Part shown: positions 12,668 through 24,505 of the stretch, one piece after another
Layout: each line of letters starts with the position of its first letter
How positions within the stretch are numbered: the first letter of the stretch is position 1
Source: Klebsormidium nitens
Taxonomy: Eukaryota > Plantae > Klebsormidiophyceae
Assembly: GCA_000708835.1 (NCBI GenBank)
Contig: DF236957.1
Span: 1 to 64,000, forward strand
Reading direction: 5' to 3'
DNA: 64,000 bases
The notes under the pieces: model-generated
Database searches by the model: none
Seen by the model: the letters and a program-made list of their open reading frames with translations, nothing else
Told to the model about the DNA's origin: nothing
Position numbers and translations under genes: made by a program

Positions 12668-13062
12668 NNNNNNNNNNNNNNNNNNNNNNNNNNNNNNNNN
12701 NNNNNNNNNNNNNNNNNNNNNNNNNNNNNNNNNNNNNNNNNNNNNNNNNNNNNNNNNNNNNNNNNNNNNNNNNNNNNNNNNNNNNNNNNNNNNNNNNNNN
12801 NNNNNNNNNNNNNNNNNNNNNNNNNNNNNNNNNNNNNNNNNNNNNNNNNNNNNNNNNNNNNNNNNNNNNNNNNNNNNNNNNNNNNNNNNNNNNNNNNNNN
12901 NNNNNNNNNNNNNNNNNNNNNNNNNNNNNNNNNNNNNNNNNNNNNNNNNNNNNNNNNNNNNNNNNNNNNNNNNNNNNNNNNNNNNNNNNNNNNNNNNNNN
13001 NNNNNNNNNNNNNNNNNNNNNNNNNNNNNNNNNNNNNNNNNNNNNNNNNNNNNNNNNNNNNN
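12668..13062. other. Assembly gap (N run)
   Basis: Run of n characters. Confidence 1.
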
Positions 13063-13911
13063 TGGTACACGACACAGTTAAGAGTCAGACTGGCACCAGC
13101 ACAGAGATTGAGAAACCATCTTGGTGGGCGTATTCTGAGGGCATGGCGGCCCTTCTCTAGGTTAGCGATCCATTTGCTGAAGATCTGACAGCTGGAGGGC
13201 AATGCAACCAACCGTCAGGACGGTCGTGGCCATGGCTTGCGATACAAGGGGGATGTGAGCTCAGTGTCTCTTCAATGCTGTACTTCCCCCTTGCTGTCAT
13301 CATGTGGCGGCAACTTAGCATGGTGCGCGGAACTTCCTGCTATGCTGGTGTAGGCAGGACGCGCGGACACTGAGTACACTAGAGGGCTTGCAGTGCAAAG
13401 GTGAAGTTCTTATTCTATCCAAATTTGGTGATACTGTATGTTTTATCATACTCATCGCGGCAGTCTGGCGCTCATAGTTGTCTCTGTGCTCGATCACCAG
13501 TGGTCAACCGATTGGACGGGTGGTAGAGCAGTCAAGCCCCTCAAGAATCTGGATTTAAGTTGCGTGTCCCTTTGAGTTGAGAAGTCAAAGCTCTTGCAAG
13601 TTGGGTCAAATGTTATCACCAGCTCAAACAAAGCACGAAAGAGTTTTACTCATCTCAACAAAGGAGCCCATGCCCGCTCCTTCCTGACTAGGAATGCCAA
13701 GAGGACAGCTCTTCTAATGCTTGACAATGGAGTGGTATGATACAAACGAACTGATCGAATCCCTCCACAGACTTAGGATAGCAAGAGTGGGGTTGTTTGT
13801 AATTCTACTGCAAACCTTGATCCTTCGAACGTGCACGATTGGCCCCAAGAGATAACATAGCACCTTCTCCTCTGCAGTAATCGAGTCCTCTGGTCGTTTG
13901 GTGAACAAACG

Positions 13912-15173
13912 ATGACTGGGGTCAAAGTGGGAGAGCCCCAAGGCGGCCATGTCTTTGTGACAGTGGGGACGACACTCTTTGATGCCCTCATCCAGGCTGT
14001 GGACACCCCTGCTTTCAAACGGATTCTGCTGGACAAAGGCTACAGCAATTTGGTGATCCAATATGGGAAGGGAAGGATACATCCAAAGGAGGTAAGCGTC
14101 TGACATCAGTTTCTTCTGCTACTTTGGTCAAGCGGAGTCGGCTAATTCTGCGTACGCATGTTTGACGGAGTAGGAAGGCTGCCTAGAGTTGGATTGACGC
14201 CACTGACTCTTCCCCGAACGAGGAAACTGTTGCCCCCCTTGTAATTTGATTGGCATTGATTCTCTCGAGCTTGCAATTCGTCAAAGCTTGAGTAAGAAGA
14301 AGTGTCGCCCTTAAAACACAAGGAAGATAAACTCTCGCTTCCACTACCTTGACGAATTGCATCTTGTCATACACCATTCTTCAAAGAGGCGAGAAAGCAA
14401 TAATGGAACAAAAGCCTTTTCTCTTTAGCTCTTCAGGCTTTGCTCTTCATTTCCCTGGTTGAAACATCCTTGTTTGACACAGACTGATTCGATTTTCGTA
14501 GATTTGCAGGGCGTTTTTGAGGACGGGGGCCGAGCTCTGCGTGTTGAGGCATTCACATTCAAACCGTCTCTAGCAGACTACGTCAAAAACGCGGGCCTCG
14601 TCATCAGCCACGCAGGTGACCAGCGTTCTTATGGCATCTGCTTGACGTCTCAAAAGCTGCGGATTTCGCTTCACCGTGTGCTTCATGGTCCTGGATACTT
14701 CACGGATTGACAATAGCCTCATGAACTTACGGTGTACAATCATCACACTTTTCTGAAGTGTCGAGCTCAGAAGGATGGGGAAAGACAGCTCATCTGCCAC
14801 ATAGGTCGACCTTCATTCTGGTCCGGGCATTTCTGGAGTGTTTGGCTCGTCGTTCTGAGGAAACCAAATTCAAGCAGGTTGTTCAACCTAAGAAAACAAG
14901 TGGCATTTCGATTCTACAGGTTCTGGGAGCATCTTTGAGACCTTGCGAGCGAAAAGGCCCCTCGTGGTGGTAGTCAACGAGCTTTTGATGGACAATCACC
15001 AACAAGAATTGGCTGACGCTTTGGCGGACAACAGGTTTCTTGTCGTAGCAAAGCCGAGCAACCTGCCAGAACGCGTTGGTCAGTTCGATCAAAGCTCTCT
15101 TGTAGAGTATCCAAAAGCGGATGCAGGTAACTTTGCAGTCGAACTGGACCGACTAGTTGGGTTCGCTCCTTAA
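13912..15173 (+). CDS. ALG13: UDP-GlcNAc transferase subunit ALG13 (exons 13912-14091, 14510-14615, 14920-15173)
   Basis: VFVTVGTTLFDALIQAV...YSNLVIQYGKG|...FTFKPSLADYVKNAGLVISHAG|SGSIFETLRAKRPLVVVVNELLMDNHQQELADAL, the Glyco_tran_28_C/ALG13 signature. Canonical splice sites. Confidence 0.95.
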
Positions 15174-16456
15174 AGAGTGGCTGATTAAGGTCTCTCCTTC
15201 CAAATGTTTGAAGCATGAATTTAGAATCTGCATCAGATTGATGTTCAGGTTTACAAGATCGGTTTTGGAACACAAGAGATGATGGGAAAATCATATTAAA
15301 GGAGATTGGACTTGTCTTGACGCAATTGAAGTGGAGGAGCGACCAGACATCACTGGGCTAGGCTAGGCTCCGTCCAACAATACTTTTCAATTCAAAACAC
15401 AGGCGTGCTTGCCCTAGCAATGATGCTTACAAGCCGTTGATCGCTGGAGTCAGTTCCTTGCACCGGTTCTTTACATGAGGTTCAATTATGAGGGCGCACT
15501 AAACTATGCGGTTGATCATTGAAAGCTTATGAATGTGGCGATGAGGTCGTGCCCTGCAATAATCTGCATATCGAGTCATCGCCCACAGCTGCATGCGCGA
15601 TGTAAGATTATCTGCGAGTCCCTTGTTGGATACTCTCCTTGCCCTCCTCTCGCGGCCGGCTGCGCGTCTCATTCTGCGGCCGCCCGGCGCGACCGTCGGA
15701 CGAGTCCGTGGCACCGCGCGGTTTTCAGAGGGTTCAAGTTTGACGCCTTTGTTGGCGACCCAACACCCCCACGGCGAGCGTAAAGTTCGCCACCGAAAGT
15801 CCGCAGGATCTCCTGATAACAATGCGCCTCTGGAACACCACCCGAGAGCATGGCTTCCGGGTGCAGAGCAGAGCACAGCATTCTAATTTCTGAGCCATTC
15901 TGAGCGGCACTCCCGCTTCAGCGTAGTAGGATTGCCCGCCTGTTGTGAAGGTCTCTCCTTCATGCAGAGACTTGCACTTCTAGAATGCTACCATACGTCC
16001 CCCGCATCTGATTGTGCAAGGAAGGCTAAAAAAAGCTGACTCAGGAAAAGACTTTGTTGATAAGCTAGACACTAGTAGTAGTTGCAAGTGGTGGATGTAT
16101 CGTAAGGCTGTTTCTGAGGCAATGCCGTCAGCCTTAGAAAGAAGCAAATCCCCTGAGCTTTCAATTGGCCCCCTCCTACGGACAATGGACTACACATTCT
16201 GACTTCCACAATGTGCAGCTAACCTTGTGCTTCACATTGCACATTTCCATGAGGAAGATTGCTTTGCCTAAGCCTTGCAGACTTGTTTGTAATCGTCATT
16301 GAGCGACAAGCAAGGAGAAGTTGCTCTGCTGAAAAAGGTCCTTGAACCATATTTCAGCAGCATCTTCTGTGCCAGTGAAGCAGACAACAACGAACTAAGC
16401 ACTTCCACAAAAGCAGGTTCTTCGTGGGACGTGTCAGTCGAAAATCTCAGGACAGA

Positions 16457-19400
16457 ATGCCCCCAGCCAGCAGAGGGGGCAGGTCAATCCTGACGGTGCT
16501 TAGCCTCCTCTGTGCATTTTTCTGTGCCACTAGTGAGGGCCGCTTGCTGAAACTCCCTCGCTTACTGTCTATTCCTGTAATTCAAAACAGAGAGTTTGCA
16601 CTGGGGAAACAAGCTGAGCAACACGACACATTGGGCTTTTTAGGAGACCCTCACTTTGACAGAACCTCCCAGGGTAAAGGCAAGTCTACAGATGCCTCAC
16701 CACATGAAGGTCCCCAGCTTAACACCAGTTCAACGACACAGAGGAGCGCCCAAGCTGACAAGCGCTCCTTGCGTCAAAAGTTAGAATACCAAAACCTGCA
16801 CGGGGGCTCGCCTGGAAACATCAAAAGGAGGTCAGAACTTGGGCAAACCTTTGGCCTATTCCCTTACCTGCCGGCGCTTTTTGCTTTCGGAGACTCTGAC
16901 TTCGACCTTGGGAATACCCTGTATCTGAACGTGACGCCATATAAGGCGACGAAGTACGCGCCATATGGGGAGAGCTATAAGGGCGGGGATGCGCTGCGGG
17001 GCCGCTTCTGCGATGGCCTGCTTGTCCCAGACTTTCTAGGTAAGCGACGAGCCTCCTTGATGATGGAGACTACTTGATGGAGCATCCTTCTCTAAAGGTT
17101 TTTCTCTTGCATAGGCCATCAAAGAACCCAACTTTGGTTGACTGTTGTCGATCGATGAGTCAGCAGTCGGTTACTCGCAATGCGTAGACAGCTTTTTTGT
17201 GCCCCGCGCTTTGATTCTGGATTGTTGCTTGCTTGCTCCGTACTGGCCCTTTGAAACTGCCCCAGTGTTGCTCAAAGTCGTCTTTGAACTCATTCCGAAG
17301 AGCCCTTACTTTCGTGCTACCTCTGGCTCTGCTCCTTATGTTCAACGGTGTTATTAGAGCCTGGCCTTCTCAGTACCGATTTCCAGCAGATATCAGGCCC
17401 AGTTAGTTGCACGGCTTAATCCATCATCTTTGGCCACGTTTCTCCGTGATTGCATACCCCACCACTACTTCTGGAATCCTTCCAAACCTCGTATCTGCTA
17501 AATACCCTCCTCCAATTGTTGCAGCTGAAGGGTTGGGGCTGCCGATTTTGCCACCAAACTTCGCCCCCAACGCCTCCTTTTCCCATGGGACCAGTTTTGC
17601 GGTGTCAGGGAGCGGGCTGCTCAACGCAACACGCAACATGCATAACCCCGCTATCAAGACGCACCTCTTCGCGCAGGTGAGGACGCGAATCCTCTTGTTT
17701 TCTGCCCGCGTCTAGTCACTCTTTCCAAGTATGAAGGTTGACTGCTCTGTGCTGCTCTCCTCGTCTTCCTCCTCCCCAGCTTTCCTGGTTTACATTCGAA
17801 AATTTTGTCCGGAAATAGAGAGATGGAGTATCCGAGAGTAACATTCTGATTGTATCGTGTCTTGTTGCTTCGATTTTGTTTCCTTCTCCTTGCCTCCTCC
17901 TCGTCGCGGTCAATTGAATCGGTACTCATTATTGCTTCTCTGAATCTGTTCTTCTGGTACTCTGTCAAGTAGCTTCCGTTGTCCCCAGCCCTGTGCTCGA
18001 CCTTCCGCCCCTTTCGCAGGTCGAGAATTTTCTTGCCTTCCAAAAGCCCTTCCGCAACTAACAGGCTCAGCACGCCACTGCCAATCCCGCAGCGCCCCAG
18101 TATCTCCGTTGTCTGCCTTTGCAAAAGCGCCGTCAGTTTCACTACAATAGACAGTAACCCTTTTTAGAAGGTTGAGAACTTTCTCGACAGCCAGAGAGCC
18201 TCCAACATTCACTGGATGCACTACGCCCCCCTGCTGCGCCCCGGTACTCCCTACCTCGGCCCGTTCAACGACTTCTAAATCTCACCGAGTTTGACAGGCA
18301 TTCTCTGTTCGCCGGCCGAGATTTCACTTCCCAAAAAATGTCGATCATACTACTGGGCGCAGTGCGTCAACTCCTCTCCAGGGGCACCACCCTAGTATTC
18401 CCCGCCCTACGACTTTTGAACCTCGCCCGTGAAACCTTCATCTGATAAGGACGTTCTTGTTGCAGGTCGAGAACTTTCTTGCCTTCCAGAAAGCCTCCAT
18501 TGACTACTGGGCGCAGCACGCCAATAACCCGCCCGCCGCGCGCCAGTATCCCCTTCCCTCCGCGCTGGCAAAAGCACTTTAAGTGCTACTAAATTCAACA
18601 ATACCGCTCTTTGCGCAGGTCGAGAACTTTCTCGCCTTCCAGGAAGCCTCCATCGACTACTGGGCGCAGCACGCCGATAACCCGCCCCTGGCGCCCCAAT
18701 ATCCCCCTCCCTCCGCGTTCGCAAAAGCGCTGTACATGGTGTTGGTCGGCGCAAACGACGTCCTCAAGTTCATGGTGGTGCAACACGGCAAGCCGGGCCC
18801 GGCTGCTGACGTGTTCGTCGAGGAGATGACGGCAATGTACGGGCAGTTTGTGAAGGTAAGCGTGAGGGATGCTGAAGCGCTCGGTTCGTTTGGAGTCGGC
18901 GAAATGCCAGTTTCGCCTTTTTCGAAAGGGGTTTAGTCTCGGCCAAACCCGGCAGGTAGGTACCACTTTGCACTTCAGCGCACCGCGGTGTCTACCAGCA
19001 TGAGTGCGTGAGATGTGGAGGTAACGTTGCTTTTGGTTAGATTGAAAACTCTGGTGATCTGACTATGTCTGGACCCAATTGTGACTGGCAGATTCGCGAG
19101 GCGAAACCTTGCTACCTCAGAGAAAGGGGGCAGTCATGTCCTCTAACCAGCACGTAACCCGAAGTCAGCCGTACCACAGGTCAAAGACGAGCGTGCCTGG
19201 ACTTGCAAGCCTTAATGCGCGGCAGTCTCACGGGGCGCTACTTTGCAGGCCATCTACGCTGCTGGCGGGAGGAACTTCGTCCTGTTCAGCCTGGGTAACA
19301 TCGGCTGTTCACCTTTGGCGCGCCAAATAAACAACGGGACGTGCAGGTGGGTTAGCGCCCCGGTTAGGCCACTGTTGACACCGGTGGTGATGACGGTAAA

Positions 19401-22400
19401 ACCGAGGTTCCAGGGAACCCCAGTCAAAGACTACGAGTTGGTTAACAATTTGCTGCAACGACGGGGTGGGTTAGCTACCAGTTTGGGGCGTGGTTAGGGC
19501 CGTTGTTAATGCAAGAACCACTGTCGTTTCAACTTACGATTGTTACCTTGAGCAAGTAGCGATCTGGGTTTGAAGAGCCCATGCTCCGCTGCTAGCGCCT
19601 GGTTCGAACGGCAGCTGTAGGGATGGCGCTTCGGACAATCTCACCCAATAACCCCGGGCAAATTTTGGCCTCGTATGGCTATTTCCACGGGCTCCCTACA
19701 CGCTGCAGTATAAAAGTGACCAGCAGTGGTTCTCTGTTCTGCTGACCTTAGTCATGTGACCAGGTCTGCTCTTGCGTTTGCTTGCGTCGCTTTAGCAGCA
19801 CCCTAAAACTGGAATGGGCTGCAATTCGCGGTGTTGTCGTCCTGTATTTCTTCCGATATCGTTCCTGTAAGCATACTGCCCAATCCTTCCCCTTTTCTCT
19901 TACCCCTGTTCTCTTCAAGCGACGTATTGCTAAGAATCAGAAAGAGCGTTTGCCCGTCAGCACACGGCGCCCTCTGCTGACGTCACTTCCTCTGCTGACG
20001 TCACTTCCTCTGCTGACGTCACTTCCTCTGTCTCCAGTCCCACGGTGAGCAGCATATGCAGCTCGCTCGCAGCTGCAACCGCCGCGCTGCCCGCCAGGCT
20101 CGCGGCGTCTGTGCCGGACGCCCGGATTCTCGTAGGAGACATGTTTGGATTCAATCGGGAGGTCGAGGGGGATCCCTCTAGGTTTGGTGAGGCCCCAACG
20201 ATGACATCTTCGGTTTTGGTTTCCCAGGAATCATCTGTCAGAATACCCTTGAAAAACTACCAGAAGCCTTACAGAACTCTGGATTATTGATTGCAACTCC
20301 TGGTGGTAAATACGTTTGGGCTCAATTGGGGTGGTCGAAGAAGATCCCTTCAGATTTGGTGAGGCCCCAATGATGTCATCCTCTGAGGCTCCCGTTCTTC
20401 ACAGTCCTAAAAAGACCAAGACATTTGAATTCTGGAGATAGACTGGTTCCAAACTCCTGGTGTCAAACTTTTGGGCTCAACCCAGGGAGTGACTCTAGAT
20501 GCAAAGAGACTCGCAGCGCCATCACCTTTGCGGGCTCGTTTTCGTCCGCCGAAGCCTCCGCCGCGCTTGGTCTCTGCTTTTTGCCTATCCTACCAAGATT
20601 GATTTCCGGCAAACCTGATGACGGATTGGCTTTGCCTCAGCCGGACGTAATTAAAACCGACTCGCAGGATGGTGAAGAGTTGGTTATGGTTCCCGTCACC
20701 TTAGATCCTGCCACACTTGCAAGCTCTGAGGTCATCTTCTTCCTTGCCAGGTGTAACAAACATCGTCGACGCATGCTGCGGAGGCGGAGTGCCGGGGCTC
20801 GGCAACACATATACTACTGTGAGTGGACGTAGGCATTCTCAGCAATTTAATTCTTTATCGTTTGGAGCGTATGGGCATTTAGGGGCACACTGCGGCCTTC
20901 GTCTTGCCTTTGGGGACGGAGACGCGATCCGTGTCGCCGGATGACGTGGCATAAGACTCTTCTGGCCGAATTGGTAGTAGTAGAATGCAGACTTTCGTAC
21001 TCTTCGCTGCCGCTTCGGAGTTCCTTGGCTGCTATCACCTGCGGATCAAGGGCTCTCGTGAAGCTTTTTGAGGAGCTCAGACCGTCGATTTGCCCGGATT
21101 TTTGCAAAAGCTTGGTCCGGTGTTGCGAAGGCGAGTCTACGATTTCTGTTCATTGCTTCTGGCAGTAATATTGGAGGGGATATCACACGCGACTTTTTCG
21201 CACGCAGCCCCGACCTTCTTCCGTCTCTGCTAACGCCTTTTTTTCCGGGCTTCATACCAGCTAACGCTTCAGCGTTTGGTGGCGGCGAACTTTGCGGTGG
21301 CATTGCGGTGCTTCCGACTTGAGCTGTTCTCATATCAAAGTCCCCTTCCAGCTTTAGTGTTGGACATTCAAGGTCCGCAAAACACAAACGGAATTGTAAC
21401 TTCCGCTCAAGAGCACAACCTTCCTGGTCTGTCTCCATCCTTGAATGCGTTGACGGCGCACTCACTGCCATCGCCTCACATACAAGGATGCTTGGGCTTT
21501 GAGTTCGGGAGTCTTCTCAAAGTTGGTGCTAACAATCTATTTGATGCATCGTGCAGTGCGCCGATGAGAAGCCCGCGACGGTGAACGGGGTGACGTATCC
21601 TAGAAAGGTCTGCTCGGTAAGCCGAACATTCAGCCCCGCTTGAACGCTTGAATCCCAGCCCTTCGATGGACCTCGGCACGGCATCAAAGCCGTCCGTTGC
21701 CATCTCTTCTTCAGGGAGGACAGCAGCTTCTGTGCGTTCTGGACAAAGGCAACTATTAGAATCCTCTCTGTTGGGCGGTGAGTTGTTAGTTGGGCCTGGC
21801 GGATCTGGCAATCGGGTGTAAAAATAAATTACCGTCTCTGCAACTTGCTCTTGCATCTACCATTGATTTCCTGCTCTTGCTTCTACCAGTGATTCCCTAA
21901 GAAGTTCAAGAAATCTACCATTTTTCCCAAAAAGGGAAAGTTAGAAAAGCCTGGCGGGTGGGTACTGGAGCCAAATTAATGGATCAGCCATTAAAGACTC
22001 GGTTCCGAGACTATTTTCCGAGCTCTCCCTTCATTCTTTCCGCGGAGTTTGTCGTGCGCTGGTCAGTCTTTCTGCCTCCTAAAATCGTTCCCAGAATCTG
22101 CTCGAGGAGACTGGATACGGTCTTTCTGCAGCCATTGCATTTTGTGTAGTTTCCTGCTTCCTACGAACCGCTTTGACGCTCGCTTGCCTGGCGGTTCCAG
22201 ATCGGATTACAAGAACCTGATTCGTTCTCATCACTGATCCTAGATTTGGATGATATAGCTTCTTTTGAGAATCGGGTGTTTTTATCTGTCCGTCCTGATT
22301 ATCTGAGTTGGGTTCTTGTATCGAAGACTTTTTGCTCTTGATCCTGGTATGCATCGATCCCAATCCTATTCAAACCATTTCCTTCCACTTCCAGAACCCC

Positions 22401-22559
22401 GGTACGTACCAGTTTTGGGACCAGTTCCATCTCACCCAAGCGATGAACCGCCAGCTTAGCCACGAAGTCCTCCGCGGTTCGTCTTGGGTTTACCCGGGGA
22501 ACATTCTCAAGACGTTTGTAGTGCCGCAGATCGAATCTACTTACGGAGTGGCGCCTTAA
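16457..22559 (+). CDS. Secreted GDSL/SGNH esterase-lipase, paralogue 1 (exons 16457-17039, 17525-17676, 18619-18855, 19249-19346, 20038-20186, 20751-20818, 21557-21616, 22395-22559)
   Basis: Signal-like N-terminus (ILTVLSLLCAFFCATSEG), block I PALFAFGDSDFDLGN, block II GRFCDG, block III GANDV, GNIGCSP, DACCGGG, block V FWDQFHLT. All eight exons join in frame at GT-AG sites. Confidence 0.92.
18005..18590 (+). repeat. Four degenerate tandem copies (~150-bp period) of GDSL1 exon-3 acceptor plus exon 5' end
   Basis: cag|gtcgagaa(c/t)tttct(t/c)gccttcca-like sequence at ~18019, ~18170, ~18310-18360 (decayed) and ~18466, upstream of the functional acceptor at 18618. Confidence 0.85.
19973..20029 (+). 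repeat. 18-bp unit x3 (ctctgctgacgtcacttc) just upstream of the GDSL1 exon-5 acceptor
   Basis: Direct reading of the sequence. Each unit contains a CTGAC branch-point-like motif. Confidence 0.9.
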
Positions 22560-24505
22560 TGCTAAGGTATTGCCCGCAGTTGGCTTTGCAAATATGGCCC
22601 GCAAGAGAGATCGCCAATGGCACCCGCCGCTTGCAACTGACGGACTGCTCGCGTTGTTACATACTGGGATCGCCTAAGTAGGGTGGGTAACTGCATTGGT
22701 TGGACAGCGACTGCAGCAGTGAACAACTTTAGGCTTCTTGCAACTTGTCGATCTAGGCTTCTGGCTTGCGCGTATTTTGTGTAGCGGAAACAAATGGACT
22801 CTCTGATTACATTAAGGATCTTCACAGTGAACGAGTGTGCTCAGTCTCTCAAAACCGTACACCAGATGGCTCCACAGCATGACGATTGAGATTGACTGTG
22901 GCCACTGCACATGGGGTCATGCAGTTGTGACAGTTGAACTTTCGTACGTATAGATTCTGGCATTGTTGTTATATGCTAGGAGCGGCAAGCATTTCTGAGT
23001 AATTCAATGATGCTTACCGTGCTCATTTACCGTGCAACGATGCACATTGCCGCCATGTGCTGGCCTGCTAGTGCATGACTGCTATATATTCAATTGCCAC
23101 ACGCAGCGTCTGGCTTTAACTGTTGAATATAGCAGTCTGTCCATGCGACGCGCGCGTATATGCATGGGGCAACCATGTGTGGCATGAACTTATTCCGCGA
23201 TTACGTGTAACATGATAAACCGGTATCACTTTGAGTGCTATCATTACCTCTTTATAGGGCCGAACGCGCAGTTGGCGCACATCATACGGCTTTGGCTACC
23301 ATGTCGACAGCTTTCATGCTAACTCGATTCCTCAATCGAGCGCGGCCGCCATGGACCATCATGGTTGAGAATGCAACATTAAAGCTAGCGGTCGGACGAC
23401 GATCAGATCAGATACTATAAGGCCCCTGTCGTCTCAGCTTGCGAACAACTCCTGAGTCAGCAGCATGCCAGACCATCTCAGCTTCCGACTAGCGGGCCAG
23501 CTCGCGATCGTGAGCGTCTCAAGGACACGACTGATCTTGCCAGGCGGAAAAAAATGTTGCACACAGGTAAGTATCACATATGAGGGCCCGCAACCGCGAG
23601 GCTCCACCCAACGGCTTATTGTCCTTCCAATGTCCACCGGGACCTGGCCACTTTGCACGAACCAGCCATCAGGCTTTAACCTTAGGTATGCACGTATGGA
23701 CAACCGTCACGACTGGACGGACCGTTCGTAGCAACAGTAGATACACCAACTCACCTACTCTTAGGCTAACTACGACTGCCGGAGTTGTTCGCGCAAGCGC
23801 TGAACCTACTGAAAGCGTGTACTACTCTGTACAACTGAACTGTCCGTTATCGACCTTCAAAGGCGGTTGGGCTTTAACGATACTGATCCTTCTCAACCAA
23901 TGCTTTCGTGCGTTGTTTCCTTTACGCTACACGTGGTACGTAGAAATAACCAACTCGCGCTAATGGACTTAACGACTTGACCTCGTAACCAACCTAGAAC
24001 TTAGCTACTCTGTGGCCGTTTTTTAGTCTTACTTATGTGCTCGGACAGCGTCAAAAACCTTTCCACCCCACTTTGCAGCGAGCAATGAAGGGAAAGCCAC
24101 CGCGGGGCACCGCAGGAAAGGGCCTCGCACGGACCTGAACTACTAGGGCCTAGTCACCTGCGTTGCTTTGTAAGCATCTTTTCTTGCGTTTTGGGCTTCC
24201 CTCTCGTCTTTTTCCTCGAATCTCCTTTTCATCCCCCTTATCTTGACGAAAGGGAATCTGGTATCAACGCCCTGTTCCAAAATCCTAAAACTTTTCCAAG
24301 AATTACCCTCCCCTCTTCTTGAGGAAACGGGCTTTTATGTTTCCACCCTCCAGCCATCTACGATCCAACTCCCAAACACCTTATGCCACTTGCTGACCTT
24401 CAACAGCGCTCTTTGTATCCCCCCCTCTCCTCGGGTTTGCTTTGAACATCAAAACCCTCTTTCCGCCCTCCAGCCAGAATTTGGAAGACCCCAAAAGGCC
24501 ATCCA

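Noticed and set aside
12405-13211. Long ORFs spanning N runs (also 27628-28601 and 53607-54185)
   Set aside because: Artefacts of translating assembly gaps (X runs).
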